A stretch of 64,000 nt of DNA from Octopus bimaculoides (lineage: Eukaryota), in contig NC_068981.1 in assembly GCF_001194135.2 (NCBI RefSeq), positions 131,841,555-131,905,554 of the forward strand. The letters are read 5' to 3'. This document shows positions 26,301-38,598 of the stretch, one piece after another. Both the position numbers and the translations under genes were made by a program. The first letter of the stretch is position 1, and every line of letters starts with the position of its first letter. The notes beneath the pieces are model-generated. The model ran no database searches and was not told where the DNA came from. It saw only the letters and a list, made by a program, of their open reading frames with translations.

Positions 26301-29300
26301 CCAAAGGCTCAAGAAAGGTCTTTGATCCTTTTTTTCTCATATCCCCATATACACATACAAATTCACTTTTTGCCTTAGTAAGGATCTAGTCCAATAACGG
26401 TTTCAAATTTTGACACAAGACCAGCTAACTTTAGGTGAGGGGATCAGTCGATTACATCGACCCCAGTACTCAACTGGTACTTATTTTATCAACCCCAAAA
26501 GGAGATGAAAAGCAAAGTCAACCTCGGTGGAATTTAAATTCACAACATAAAAACAGGCAAGATGCCACTAAGCATTTCGCTTGACTTGCTAACAATTCAG
26601 CCAACTTGCTGCCTTGATCCTGTCTAATAATAACTCAATAAATTTCAGCTAGGATTCAGGACTGGGTAAAGTATATCTATAACTTTAGTAGGGATGGTAA
26701 ATAGTAATAATCAACAGAAACTTACCATTGAATAATAAGTGTTTTTCTTTCTGAAATTAAAAGGAAAAACATATTTGTAAGAAGAAATAAAATATAAAAG
26801 CAGAAAAAACGAAAATACATCTGTTTGATAGTCAAACTAAACAGCTATCTAGACAAGCTGTTTCATCTCATGAACCCATTCTGTCAAGGTTTGTTGATCC
26901 TCTGCTATATATTTTGGCAATTGAGCTCATTGCCGTGGAGATTAGACGTGTTCAATACCACCTAGAGACACACTTTAACAAAAACTGAAGGATGCCTCAC
27001 TCCCAGTGGTCTTCCAACACTGCAGACATGAACCTGGAATTTCTGAGGACCTGTGCTATTACTAGATAGTAGTTGACCCTACACTAGGTTCATCTGTCCC
27101 TTTGATAGGTCTTTTTAGTCCTGATTGGTTTCTAGCAACCCTCCTCACCAGGCAATCCTAGTGGGAGTGTCAATTGTGTGTGTGTGTGAGCTACATACTT
27201 TGTCCATTCATAATAGAATGCACATTCTTTTGAGAAATCAAAGTGGGGCTTAGGACAAAAATGGTTGACATATATTGCTCTATGTGAAGATAATTTTGGT
27301 TTCACTGTAGACCAGCAAAGATCACAGTGAGTACCAGCAGACCTTGACTTCACAGATGATATAGTACTCATATCTAATGAAATAGATCAAGTACAACAGC
27401 TGCTCAGCAGAGTAGAAACATCAGCTGTTAAAACAGGACTGTACACAAATGTCAAGAAAATGGAATACATGTCTTTCAACCAATCAAGTGATGCTGAACT
27501 GTTTGCTTTGAGTGGTTCCAAATTGAATATTCCTGAAGATTTCAAGTACTTGGGTGGTTGGGTGAGCAGTTCGGAAGCAGACATCAAGATCAGAAAGGTA
27601 CAAGCATGGACAGCCCATTACAAACTAAAGGTCTGGAACTCCAAAACTTCCCAGGCAAATTAAAATCAAGCTGTTCATTGCAACTGTCAAACCAGTGCTA
27701 TTATATGGCTGTGAAACATGGACACTGACAAAGAAATTATCAAACAGGCTAAAAGGATGCTATGAATTGCCCTAAATATGAAATGGCAGCAACATATGAC
27801 AAATGAATGCCTTTATGGACAATTGTCAACAGTTAGTAAGAAAATCAGGCAATTACGGCTGTGACTATCTGATCATTGCATGCACCACCCTGAATTAGAG
27901 ACATCCAAATTAGTCTTGTGGAACCCACTTCAAGGTGATATAAGAAGAGGAAAACATTGTCGCATTTACACTGACAACTTAATTACAGACACTGGCCTGG
28001 AATGTATCTAAGACTTCAAAGCAGTGAAAATGGACTGAAAAGTGTGGTAGGTAGACTTTGTTGCTGCAGCCCAGGTTGGAACCTGGCCATAATAAACAAG
28101 ATGTCACTGCCCAATCTTCCTCAAATACTACCCTGCTGCATCTTAAAATCCCTAATAGGAGCAGAACCAGAGAGATGATATGTTAGAATCTTTCCCAAGG
28201 TTATTAGAGAAAATAAAAGTTGGAACTACTTGGGGTCGAAATATGTTTGGTTCCCCCAGCAGCATTACAGATGCATATTTTTCTAGGGAATAAAGTGCTG
28301 CTGGCCATAACTCATAAGCGAGTATGATATGATAGCATATATCATACTTTCGTTAATTGTTCTGGGTGCATATGTGGTCGTGTGCAGATATAGACAACCC
28401 ACTTTCCATTGTCCCAGGAGTAGATCCAGCATTAGACAGCTGGAGGGAGGGTGAGCTGCACGAGCACTCAGCTAGTATTCATTTACAACTGAGTAAACTG
28501 GAGCAATGTGAAACGAAGTGCTTTGCTCAAGGACACAACACGCCACCTCAGACGGGAATTGAACCTACGACTTTCCAACTGAGCCGAACACCTTTACCAC
28601 AAGGCAGTGCGCTTTCACTGTTGAATTAAGCAGTCTAGTCTTAGATTCGTGACTCTAGAAGTCTTTTTGATGTCCACGGCAGTGCTAAAATAGTTTAAGG
28701 TCCCTGAAAATAAATTACTTAAAATATTGATTTTTCAAATAACTAGATTTGTCTGAAAGTTTTATATTTATTTGGGAATAAAAGTATTCTTTTTATGAGT
28801 AACAACAATTTTTGTTATATTTTAGCGAGTTATATATTACATTTTAGTTCGTATTCCAGACGAACAAAATTATAAGAGGAGTATACTAAAAGAGCCATTA
28901 TAATTCGCCTGGCACATTTTTACGGATGGCTATCTCTATCCCGGTCAAAGTGAGTAGGGAAAAGGTTCACAGCCAAGGTCGCAGAAAGTTTACATTTTCA
29001 TTGGTTTGAAAAGAAACACCTTGTAGTTTGTTAGCCTGCAATTCTACACCTATTAGCATACAAAGCCTAGATCTGATATCAATTCCACCAAGTTGTCGCT
29101 GGAGAAAGTACCGCTGCAGTTCTCAGTCCAGATAAGGGAACTACCACCTCGGAATGGGAAGACTGTGATACCGTTCTCTAGGTCTAACCAGGTCGGTTAC
29201 TTGCTCGACACTTCATTCAATGCGGTAACTAACTGCTGTTGATCAGTCGTCTAAAGCAACAAAGATATGACGATGTAACTTTTCTTACCGTTTCCCTCCT

Positions 29301-29422
29301 TTTTTAATCATCTTCTGCAGGGTTTTTGATTTCATAAAATCTCTGTGGACACAAGAAAAATGAATTCCTTTGGCTGTTTGAATTGAAATTCTCCTTATAC
29401 AACTTCGGACGAAAAAAGACAT
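15446..29422 (-). CDS. RBFA: Mitochondrial ribosome-binding factor A (322 aa); exons 29422-29289, 26750-26726, 20781-20629, 17537-17428, 15992-15446
   Basis: Exons total 969 nt in one frame. The N-terminus MSFFVRSCIRRISIQTAKGIHFSCVHR is Arg-rich and presequence-like. The RbfA/KH domain RQKRLEQISKVFYHYISDL...VEISKVKIDNDFTAVTVYWVA...IRHHLIDYHLVGTVPPIVFVPD matches recalled metazoan RBFA motifs (VELSKV, YW, VPPIVFVQD). An acidic C-terminal extension follows. Confidence 0.9.
17428..17537 (-). CDS. RBFA: RBFA exon 4
   Basis: tttacag acceptor, gtaagc donor, VKIDNDFTAVTVYWVATGTEKDDIIQDMLTKKSYSI. Confidence 0.9.
18700..19600 (-). pseudogene. Heavily decayed mariner transposase
   Basis: Broken motifs EVPHEM, RIVTGD, KVMLxVWWNFKEILHLELVPDG, LPHP..SPDFA. 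Confidence 0.65.
19898..20266 (+). mobile_element. Full-length tRNA-derived SINE (most abundant family in the window)
   Basis: tggctgtgtggtaag head, gggttcagtccc B box, ccttgggcaagtgtc core, gactgaaacaagtaaaaga tail. Partial copies at about 2760, 14740, 16340, 21800, 24985, 37260, 44760, 47540, 47790 and 60250. Confidence 0.8.
20629..20781 (-). CDS. RBFA: RBFA exon 3
   Basis: ttcattccag acceptor, gttggt donor, NIPNVFG...SVEISK, 51 codons. Confidence 0.88.
22826..23190 (+). mobile_element. RTE 3' remnant nested inside a TTAA MITE
   Basis: RPHTRWMD..EEDFQKLNVTLEDAEGLTQDHKLWRALVDLV; MITE halves at 22805-22825 and about 23190-23368. Confidence 0.6.
24359..24985 (-). mobile_element. 5'-truncated mariner (Hsmar/SETMAR-like) transposon with one TIR
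   Basis: ORF 24436-24954 with KKVMVTVWW, LLHDNA, HPPYSPDLLPTDYH, RWQKCV; TA|ttaggttgtcaagaaagttc TIR at 24359. Confidence 0.9.
26726..26750 (-). CDS. RBFA: RBFA exon 2 (25-nt microexon, R-KKNTYYSM)
   Basis: ttttaatttcag acceptor and gtaagt donor; supplies the phase 2 to phase 0 shift needed between exons 1 and 3; resembles human KKKVWYES. Confidence 0.75.
27335..28060 (+). mobile_element. RTE-clade LINE fragment (RT C-terminal half), decayed
   Basis: DLDFTDDIVL, FKYLG, VLLYGCETWTLTK with stops and frameshifts. Confidence 0.8.
29289..29422 (-). CDS. RBFA: RBFA exon 1 (mitochondrial targeting peptide)
   Basis: ATG at 29422, 44 codons + 2 nt, gtaaga donor. Confidence 0.8.
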
Positions 29423-29923
29423 GCTTACAGTAGGTAGTAAGTCCCTTAAGCCCTTACATCAAACTGCAAAAGGAAATTATGGATTCGTTTTAACAATAAA
29501 AACAAACAAAGGAATAAAATCAATAATTAAAATATATACAGTAAAAACAAATTATTTCATTTCAGTATATTTTTATATGATATATTCGGAAAAATAAGGC
29601 CTCTACCCTCACCTCAATTTTGACTATTTTACAGGAATGATGTTTAATGAGTTAGAATTAGCGATATTTTGTCCTATAAACAGTTGGCTCAATCAGTAAT
29701 ATTTAGAACTTATTCTAATGAAGAAATCCTAGGAAGACATGGATAGTTGTGGTCCGGTGGGAAGGAAAAGCATAGTATTTTTTAAGCTTATGTTTACAAT
29801 CTCAGCGAAGACTAATTTTTGAAGAGACGTATGTCAATGGGGAACACCGTTAGGTAATTGAGAGTTACCTCCCTTCATCAGAAAGTGCCAACAAACTTAT
29901 TACGTTCGAAACAGGACAGTGTA
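29423..29923. promoter_or_regulatory. Putative bidirectional promoter/5' UTRs shared by RBFA and TCF25
   Basis: 501 bp between divergent start codons, no recognisable repeat, and CpG less depleted than in most of the window. Transcription start sites not determinable. Confidence 0.65.
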
Positions 29924-30103
29924 ATGTCTAGTCGTGCTCTTCGTCGACTTCAAAAGGACAATATCCCTGTTCTTATCCATGACAGTGGCGACGAGAACAG
30001 TAACAGTGAGAAGGAGTTAAACAATGAGGATTATCTTCTGAAACCACGCGCACGCAATAAAAACAAGAAAAAGAAAGAATTCGTTGGTAATCGTTTCGAT
30101 TTG
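29924..30103 (+). CDS. TCF25: TCF25 exon 1
   Basis: MSSRALRRLQKD...VGNRFDL, gtaaag donor. Confidence 0.93.
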
Positions 30104-33100
30104 GTAAAGTATTCAATATGTTGACTTTAATTTGGCTCTTTGATATAATAACTAGAATACTGTAGATTTTCTTTTTTCTGGAGAATAAGGAAGTTATACC
30201 AGTCTACAAGAAGTTTATTTTCTTGTACTATCCTTTGTGAATAAGGGTATGAATCGTTAAATAAAAACCTGCAAACTCTTCATATCTATGAAGAAACGTA
30301 TGATCGTTGTCCTATGGCTTGCCTGAGAAAAAAATTGTCATTGTTTACAAAACTGGTTTTTGCCAAGATTAGGAGAAAGACCTTTTTGAACATTTCGCGT
30401 CAACCTGTTGCATTGATTTACATTTTTTTAAACCAGCGGTTCTCAAATGGTACGCCGTAGTTTTTTTTTTTTTTTTTTTTTTCTAATTATAATTTAAGCC
30501 TTCAGAAAATCTATACTAATGCTTGAGTGTCTTGAAAAACGTATTATTTATAATTTTTACATCCATGGTATACTAAATGAAATAAAGTAAGTAGTTGATG
30601 GATGCCGAAATTTTATTTTAAATTTTTATGAGGTGCACCAATAATTTTATATTTCAGCTCCAGGATGTTATGAAGTTAAAAGGATTGATTACACTAATCA
30701 AAAAAATATATGTCTGCCAGATAATTTATTTCGTCCAGATTAAAATTTCTTTAACTAACATGATTCAATAAATTTTATAATTTTTATTGTTAAATAATAA
30801 CAGTGCCATCATCCGATTTTAGCGTAATCTCTGTATTCCTTTATGTATGTAGTTACTTGATATGGTGCAATAATTTAATAAAAGTTCTAGTGATATAATA
30901 GCTGATTGCTTCTCATCAGAAGCTCTGGGAACACAAAATCTATTTCCTCCATACGTTGCTTTTAGGGTTTAAAGTTGTTGATCGTTAAATTAAAACTTGT
31001 AAAATCTGTTTATATATCTAGGCCGACTGTAAAAAAATGAAATTGTGGATTCTGTGAAGCAATTTTTATTTTATTTTAATGCCGAGAAACAGTATGTTCC
31101 CTTTTCTGTTTTCTGGAAGATCAACTTCATTACAATTGTTAAAAGTAACAGAAGAATGGATAGATGATGTGAATGAAGGAATGAGAATAGATTGCATTTT
31201 CCCGAGGTATTTGATAAGGTATTGCACTTGAGACTTACAACTAAGCTAAAAACATGTGGTTGTAATGTTTAAGCATATCAACTTGGATTGAAAACTTTTT
31301 CAGTGACAGAAAACAAGTGATTGTGACAAATAAATCAACATAGTTCTCCATGACATCAGGAATACTTTAAGGATTCCAATCCTTTTTGTAATACAAATCA
31401 AAGACTTCCTAGAAATGTTAACTCAAATCTATACTTTTGGTGGTATGGTGCCAAAGTTACCCATGCAAAACAATTCAAGAGGAATGCTTTCCTAAACTGT
31501 AAGAAGATATCCAGGAAATAGAAAACTGGAGTGATACATAGATGTTAGCTTCCCATCCAGATGTGAACATCTTCACATAGGAAGAAAGATTTACGAAAAA
31601 GAGAAATATAAGCTGTGCCAGACTGTAATCAGAATGAGGGTGAGAGAAAAAATTATAAGAAAAAGCTTATTGTGATAATAGAAAAATGATAGTAATTTTT
31701 AAATGCTTATCATTGAAATATATCCCTTTACAAATGTATTGTGAGATCCTATTGAGATTATGCTGATCCAGTCAGGAGTTCCTTCAATAAAGAACACAGG
31801 CAAAATTTGATTTGTATGAAAAAGAGCTACTGAGCAACTACTTGGATGAATAATCTGTTTCAACCATAGAGATCAAAAAAATTCAAACAACCGAGAAGGT
31901 ATTTTGGAAATATAGAAAATAGTAAATGAACATTATGAAATAGATTTATGTAATTTTTTACCCCTGACGTGAATGTAAAACAAAAAAAAAATGTAAAAAA
32001 AATATACAAGAGAACGTAAAACAGAAACAAGAGGAAAGTGACATTCAGTTTGAGAACAGTAAAAGTTTGGAATAATTTGATGAAAGGAGTGGTAACAGTG
32101 AAAACAATAAATAGAATTGATTGAAAAAACATTGTGGACAAATCGAAATAAAATATGATAATTAAAAAGACATACTTTGGGGTACCTGTGGGGAACAATC
32201 AATTATATCAATATAGTACTGGATAGCTACTTATTTTACTGAACATAGAAGGATGAAAGATAATAGCTTCAACATAGTTCAAATTTAGAGAATAAAAATG
32301 CCATTACTAGATACTGTAAAGCCCCTTCTTCAAAGCTCTAAAGATTCTACCTATCAACCCCGCTTCGGCTCCTGTTTATCTCCTTATTAAGATGTATATT
32401 GTTATATTTATAGTATTCTAAGTAATTAAGTATTTTGTTCTCTATTAATATATATATGCATGCACTGTAAATAAAGGCTATGAATAAAATGTGCTTGCTA
32501 ATTCCATTTGAAAATAGTTTAAGCATACTATTTGGCGACCAATACACAGACATTTGAGGATTTGAATGAACTTCTAATATTGGGTAGCCTACTCAGTGAA
32601 GATTTTAAATTGTAATAACCAGCTAACAAGATTTAATCCAATAAACACTTAAATATTGATAATACTGACGAAGTGGATGCATAACTACAACAGTTTAACT
32701 TAAAACTATTTATGTGCCCCTGGACTGGCTCTTGTGCAGGTGGCACATAAAATACACCATTTGAGCGTGGCCGTTGCCAGTACCGCCTGACTGGCCTTCG
32801 TGCGGGTGGCACGTAAAAGCACCCACTACACTCTCAGAGTGGTTGGCGTTAGGAAGGGCATCCAGCTGTAGAAACTCTGCCAAATTAGATTGGAGCCTGG
32901 TGTTGCCGTCCGGTTTCACCAGTCCTCAGTCAAATCGTCCAAACCATGCCAGCATGGAAAGCGGATGTTAAACGAGGATGATGATGATGATTAAACTGGA
33001 ACTAGTTAAGCTAAAATCCTTTGCATTATGTTTCATCAATGCAATCATCAAACTGAAAGATGTCTCATGTCTGACAACAATTCAAGATGGCTTAATTGAT

Positions 33101-36100
33101 GTTTTAAAGTGTACTGTTGAGAAAGTAAAGAAAGACCTCTCAGATATTAAAATTTTTGGATATAAAACAAACCAAGAAGAATTTGCTAAGGCTCAATGTA
33201 TATGTTTCTTTCTGTAAATTTTCTGCAATCAGAGATGACCATGGAGCCAAGCTTATAACATTGTTTTGTTTCGTTTTTTTTCATTTTAAAATCAGTTATG
33301 TTCAGACAAAAGTAAAGATTGTCAATTATCTAAGAACACAACCCTTTTGATAGTAACCTGCTTAAGACTTCATTTGGTTTTATGATACAAACTTCTTATT
33401 TTAAAGTGATCTAGATAAAAGTCTTCCTTTAAAATTTCATATTAATGTCCCAAATGCCAGCTTCATTCTGACAAAGTGAGGAATTTCAACCATGTTTCGT
33501 TGTCTGCTACCACAACAGCTCCTTTATAGGATCCAGTTAGCTCAAGACATCATCAGGAGGAACCATGTCCGGTTTCGGCCCCTACTCCTCTACCGTTTTG
33601 ACGTGGCGGGGCCCCACCTTTCGGAGGTGTCTTCAGCTCTGGTGTTGAGTGCATGTCTTCTTTCTTCTATTCCCTGGCCTCTTCGATGCAGCATCAACGA
33701 GTGTCAGCGTCCGACTGACTGTCTTGTCAAATTCCCCGTTTTTATACCTGCTGCTAGGCTCCAGCAGGCTGCCCCAGCAAGTTGTCACGTGACACTGTCT
33801 AAACTTTAACTGATCCAAATCTTTTCTCTCCTTCCTGGTAGATTGTATAAGCCAGGTTCTTGAGCTTTTGTTCGTCGTCGCTTTGAATTTGGTGGTCATT
33901 CTTGATACTTCGTTGTTGAATTTTTTATAACTCGCTGCGTCATTTGCTTTCGGCCACTTAATCTTTGTCTTCTTCACGCCTATCACTGTTTGTGACTGTT
34001 CTAATTCAACTGTGGAATGTCCCTCGCTATGGTTATTTTCCAGGAGGTTCTGGCCACACGTCTTACGGTTCATCAATTTTACTAAATTCTTCATTATTTT
34101 CAAAATTTAGTGAAAGAAAAGCAGTGCATTTCAGCAATGCTAACAAAAGTGTTAATCATCTCTGACCTGGTTAATTTTGTTGTTATGCAGTCTGAACATT
34201 TTCTCTTAGATCAATAATGCAGACAAATTTTAACACAGAAGTATTTTACATCACATAAATGTTTTGGTACAATTTCCTCTACTTGGTTTTTTTTTTTTTT
34301 TTCATATAATCTCATGTCTTTTGTGTCTTACATCTTGAACTTAGAATAGTATTTTTGTTACAATGTTGTCTACAACCAATATTAAACATTTTTCTATTTA
34401 GATATATCTTCAATGGCTTGTATTATATCTTAAGAGTGTTCAATGTCCTCTGCCTAATTTTACTGAACATTTAACAAGTCTACCCTGGTCTTTGCTTATA
34501 TATATGTGAGTATGTACAATAATAGTGTTATGTAAAAGATTGTCTTACACTGACTTTCTAACTGGAAGGTTTTTTTTTCCTTTTCTTTTTCCATTGACCA
34601 CAATCTAAGTTGGGGAGTAAATTTTTCTTCAGGATTTATTTGTCTCAAATGTGACAAAATAAATTGAATCTCGTTATCAGTCATTGTTCTTCCTTGTAGC
34701 TGGAAAATGGGAACAAAGAAGATGAGTGTGATGAAGAGGAAAAAGAAAAGGATGATACTCAAGCAGAATTAACAGAAAAGTCAAATGAAGTTGTTCAGAA
34801 AGAAAGCAAAATTGTACCACAAAAAAAGAAGAAAAAGAAGAAATCTAAAGCTACTCATGGATTTTGTAAAAATGAAACAACTATTGCACAAAATGTAAGG
34901 AAGCTCTGATTTCAAGTTGGTAAAAATTCTTTGCTATTAATATAGCTGAGTTGCCTTTAAAATTATGTTCTCTAAAACATATAAAGGCAATATGACAGTA
35001 TATCTTTATTCATTGCTTTTTTTTTTTTTTTTTTTTCAGTATGAAGATAACATTGATGCAGAAATAGAAGAAGCAAATGCTATTTTGGGAGAATTTCCTA
35101 TTCAGGAAAATAAGGTCTCAGATAAAGAAATAGCAGCAAACCATGCACGTTCAATTTTTAATGTTGAGCACAGGTGATAAGCAGTCTTTCATTAACTTTA
35201 TTCCTTTCAATTTTTGTGAGAGAAAATATTTCATATTTTACTTGAATATCATTTAAAATACATTTGTTTTTTTTTTTCTTTCTCTCTAGGCATTTAAACC
35301 CTGAGTATGAACTGAAAAGATTATTTGGCTCCCGAGTTATAAAAAGTGAACTAACGTAAGTTTTTATTTCTACTGGCATGAAACTAAGATTTTTTAATTA
35401 ACTAATTAATTAATTCATTTATTCATTTATTCATTCAGATGGAGAAACTTCTCTCTCTCTCTCTCTCAATTACACTCAGCACCATCTATTAGGTTCTGAT
35501 TTTTGTTTTGAGAATTAACCTTATTTGGCATGCTGGGCTTGTGGATTGCTTTTTAGGTACCTAGGTAGAATTCGTCTCAAAATGCAGAGAGCTGGAACAA
35601 ATACCATAAGACATTTGGCTCAATATCTTAAAGATCTGGCTAACCACTACCCTAGATTGATACTATTGAGTTCACCCCAAAAGGATGAAAGACAAAGTTG
35701 ACCTCAACATTTAATGCATATTAATACTTAATCAAGGCAGCAAGCTGGCAGAATAATTAGTACACTGGGAAAGATGTTTAGCGGCATTTCGTCTGTCTTT
35801 ACATTCTGAGTACAAATTCCACTCAGGTCAATTTTGCTTTTCATCCTTTCAGGAACACTAGGGTTGGTGTAGTTGACTTAACCCTTCCCCCAAAATTGCT
35901 GGCTTTGTGCTAAAATTTGAAGCCAATATTTCATCATCATCATCATCCTTTTAACATCCACTTCTCCATGCTTGCATTGAGACACATTTTCTATGGTTCA
36001 ATGCTTTCCTGTTGCTACCCCCCTCCCCTCCATCCATTTCCAAGCAAGGTAATATTTCTCCATGCTCAGATGTTTTCACTGAAGACTGGAAAGAAGGGAC

Positions 36101-36927
36101 ATCGCATATATGATGGCAACACTTGTTTGTCTCAACATTGCACTGTTGTATAATGTTGAGATAAGGAAACTCAAAAACACACACATCATCTTCATCATCA
36201 TCATCATTTAACGTCTGCTTTCCATGTTGGCATGGGTTGGACAATTTGACTGAGGGCTGGCAAGCCAGAAGGCTGTACCAAGCTCCAATCTGATCTGGCA
36301 AAGTTTCTACAACTGCATGCACTTCCTAATACCAACCACTCCGAAAGTGTAGTGGGTGCGTCTTACATGCCACCGGCATGAGGGCCAATCAGGCAGTACT
36401 GGTATTGACCATTCCTGAATGGTGCTTTTTACATGCCACCAGCATGAGAGCCAGTCAGGTAGCACTGGCAACGACCACGCTTGATTGGTGCTTCTTATGT
36501 GCCACCGGCACAGGACCAGTCAGCCAGCACTAGCATTGACCACACTCAAATGGTGCTTTTTACATGCCACCGGCAGGGGGCCAGTCAGGCGGTACTGGCA
36601 TCAACCACACTTGAATGGTGCTTTTTATGTGCCACCAGCATGGGTGCCAATCAGGTGGTACTGTCATCGGTCACGACAATGACTTCACTCGACTCAACAT
36701 GTCTTTGCAAGTGCAGTTTATTGCCCAATGATTGAAGGATACTCTTAAGTGGGCCAGTTATGCTGCACTGGCATAGACCACGGTTATGGTCTCACTTGGC
36801 TTGACAGGTCTGCTCAAGCACGGTATATTGCCAAAGGTCTCAGTCACTTGTCATTGCCTCTGTGAGGCCCAACTTTCGAAGGTTGTGCTTCACCACCTCA
36901 TCCCAGGTCTCTTGGGTCTACCTCTTC

Positions 36928-36959
<32 letters not shown>

Positions 36960-38550
36960 TATAATTTAGATTTAATTGAATTAGGTACTTAAGTTGAAGC
37001 ACCAGGTCAGTGTGGTATTATTGGCACAGTTCGAAGTGAGGTGAATAAAATCAAAATAAGCAACAAGATATCAAGCAGCAATGCAGCACAACTGTTTCAA
37101 GCAACTCCATAGTCTATTCTTAGCTACAGTAGCGACAATGGGAATTTCTTCCGTCTTCTTGCTCTGTTAAGATATTTAAGAAAAATTATGTGTCCTACTT
37201 GTTAAAATCTCATTCATTTATTTGTGCAGCTGAAGATGGCATTGCATTTAACCTGATGTAATGATTGCAATACACATGTATATATAGGTGGGCTTTAAAT
37301 TTCTGTCTACTGAACTTCCTCAAGTGTTTACTCAAGTGACTTCTGCTATAGCCCCAGGCTTTTGTCAGCCAAGGACTATGTTCCAGTGTGCCATGCAGTG
37401 GGACTGAACCTAAACCCATGTGGTTGGGAACCAAAATTCTTAACCACAAAGCTACACCTGTATCTATAAACATCTATTAATAATTCTATCAGAAAAATAA
37501 AATCACCTTTTGATTGTTTCTTAGCATTTTGTTGGTGTAGATTTTGAGAGAAGAAAAACACTTCAAAAGTATGTCAATTCTCTAATTCATTCTTAATATA
37601 AAAATTATATAAACATATAGGGATCAGCATGAGTTGCCTCACCAACATACTGAAAATTTAGAAATAGCAGCCAAAGAACTACTAATTCTAACTACAGTTT
37701 TTTTCTCTAACGGATGGCGATATTTATGGCACACAGAACAAAATAGAAGAGAAAACAAAAACAAAACTTGCCGTTAGTTAATCATGTACGATGTTTCGTG
37801 ATTAGAATATAAAATTCTTTTCCACTCATCAACATGATATACAAAATAAATCTGAAAATGCTAATTCACCCATGTATATCTGACCATGCGACATCACATA
37901 TCACATGAGAAGAAATCAGCATCCACAAATTTATCGACCAGTAAGTTCCGTATCCCTCCTCAAAATTGACCCATGTGCGCCACAAATAGTCCCACAGAAA
38001 ATACTGCAGTTTAACCATCCAAGAGAAGACCATCAATGTATAGATATAGGGCAGAGAATTGCCAATTAGTTAATAAAATTAATAATTAACAATTTTGCCA
38101 AGTAGTTCAGTATGCAAAAAAACCTTTATCGGTAAACCATTTATAATTATAAACATATAGGGATCAGCATGAGTTGCCTCACCAACATACTGAAAATTTA
38201 GAAATAGCAGTCAAAGAACTACTAATTCTANNNNNNNNNNNNNNNNNNNNNNGATATTTATGGCACACATAGAACAAAACAGAAGAGAAAACAAAAACAA
38301 AACTTGCCGTTAGTTAATCATGTACGACGTTTCGTGATTAGAATCTAAAAATTCTTTTCCACTCATCAGCATGATATACAAAATAAATCTGAAAATGTTA
38401 ATTCACCCATGTATATCTGTGGTGAGGCAACTCATGCTGATTCCTATATGTTTATAATTATAAATGGTTTACCGATAAAGGTTTTTTTGCATACTGAACT
38501 ACTTGGCAAAATTGTTAATTATTAATTTTATTAACNNNNNNNNNNCTATA

Positions 38551-38598
<48 letters not shown>

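Larger units (their letters stand above)
37608..38535 (-). repeat. Tandem 540-bp unit (1.5 copies) plus 116-bp inverted copy, carrying hammerhead ribozymes (Penelope pLTR/retrozyme-like)
   Basis: 37608-37882 repeats at 38148-38419; 38420-38535 is the reverse complement of 38069-38184. Confidence 0.8.

Noticed and set aside
29858-29923. 22-aa N-terminal extension of TCF25 from the ORF track
   Set aside because: Starts at a TTG; the conserved N-terminus begins at the ATG at 29924 (MSSRALRRL)
31860-32202. Hydrophobic 112-aa and 89-aa minus-strand ORFs suggesting membrane proteins
   Set aside because: Translation of low-complexity A-rich DNA; no splice context or motif
33490-33700. Hammerhead ribozyme from CTGATGA...GAAAC or CTGAAGA...GAAAC on the minus strand
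   Set aside because: Stem I cannot be formed and stem II closing pairs do not match; kept only as a weak finding
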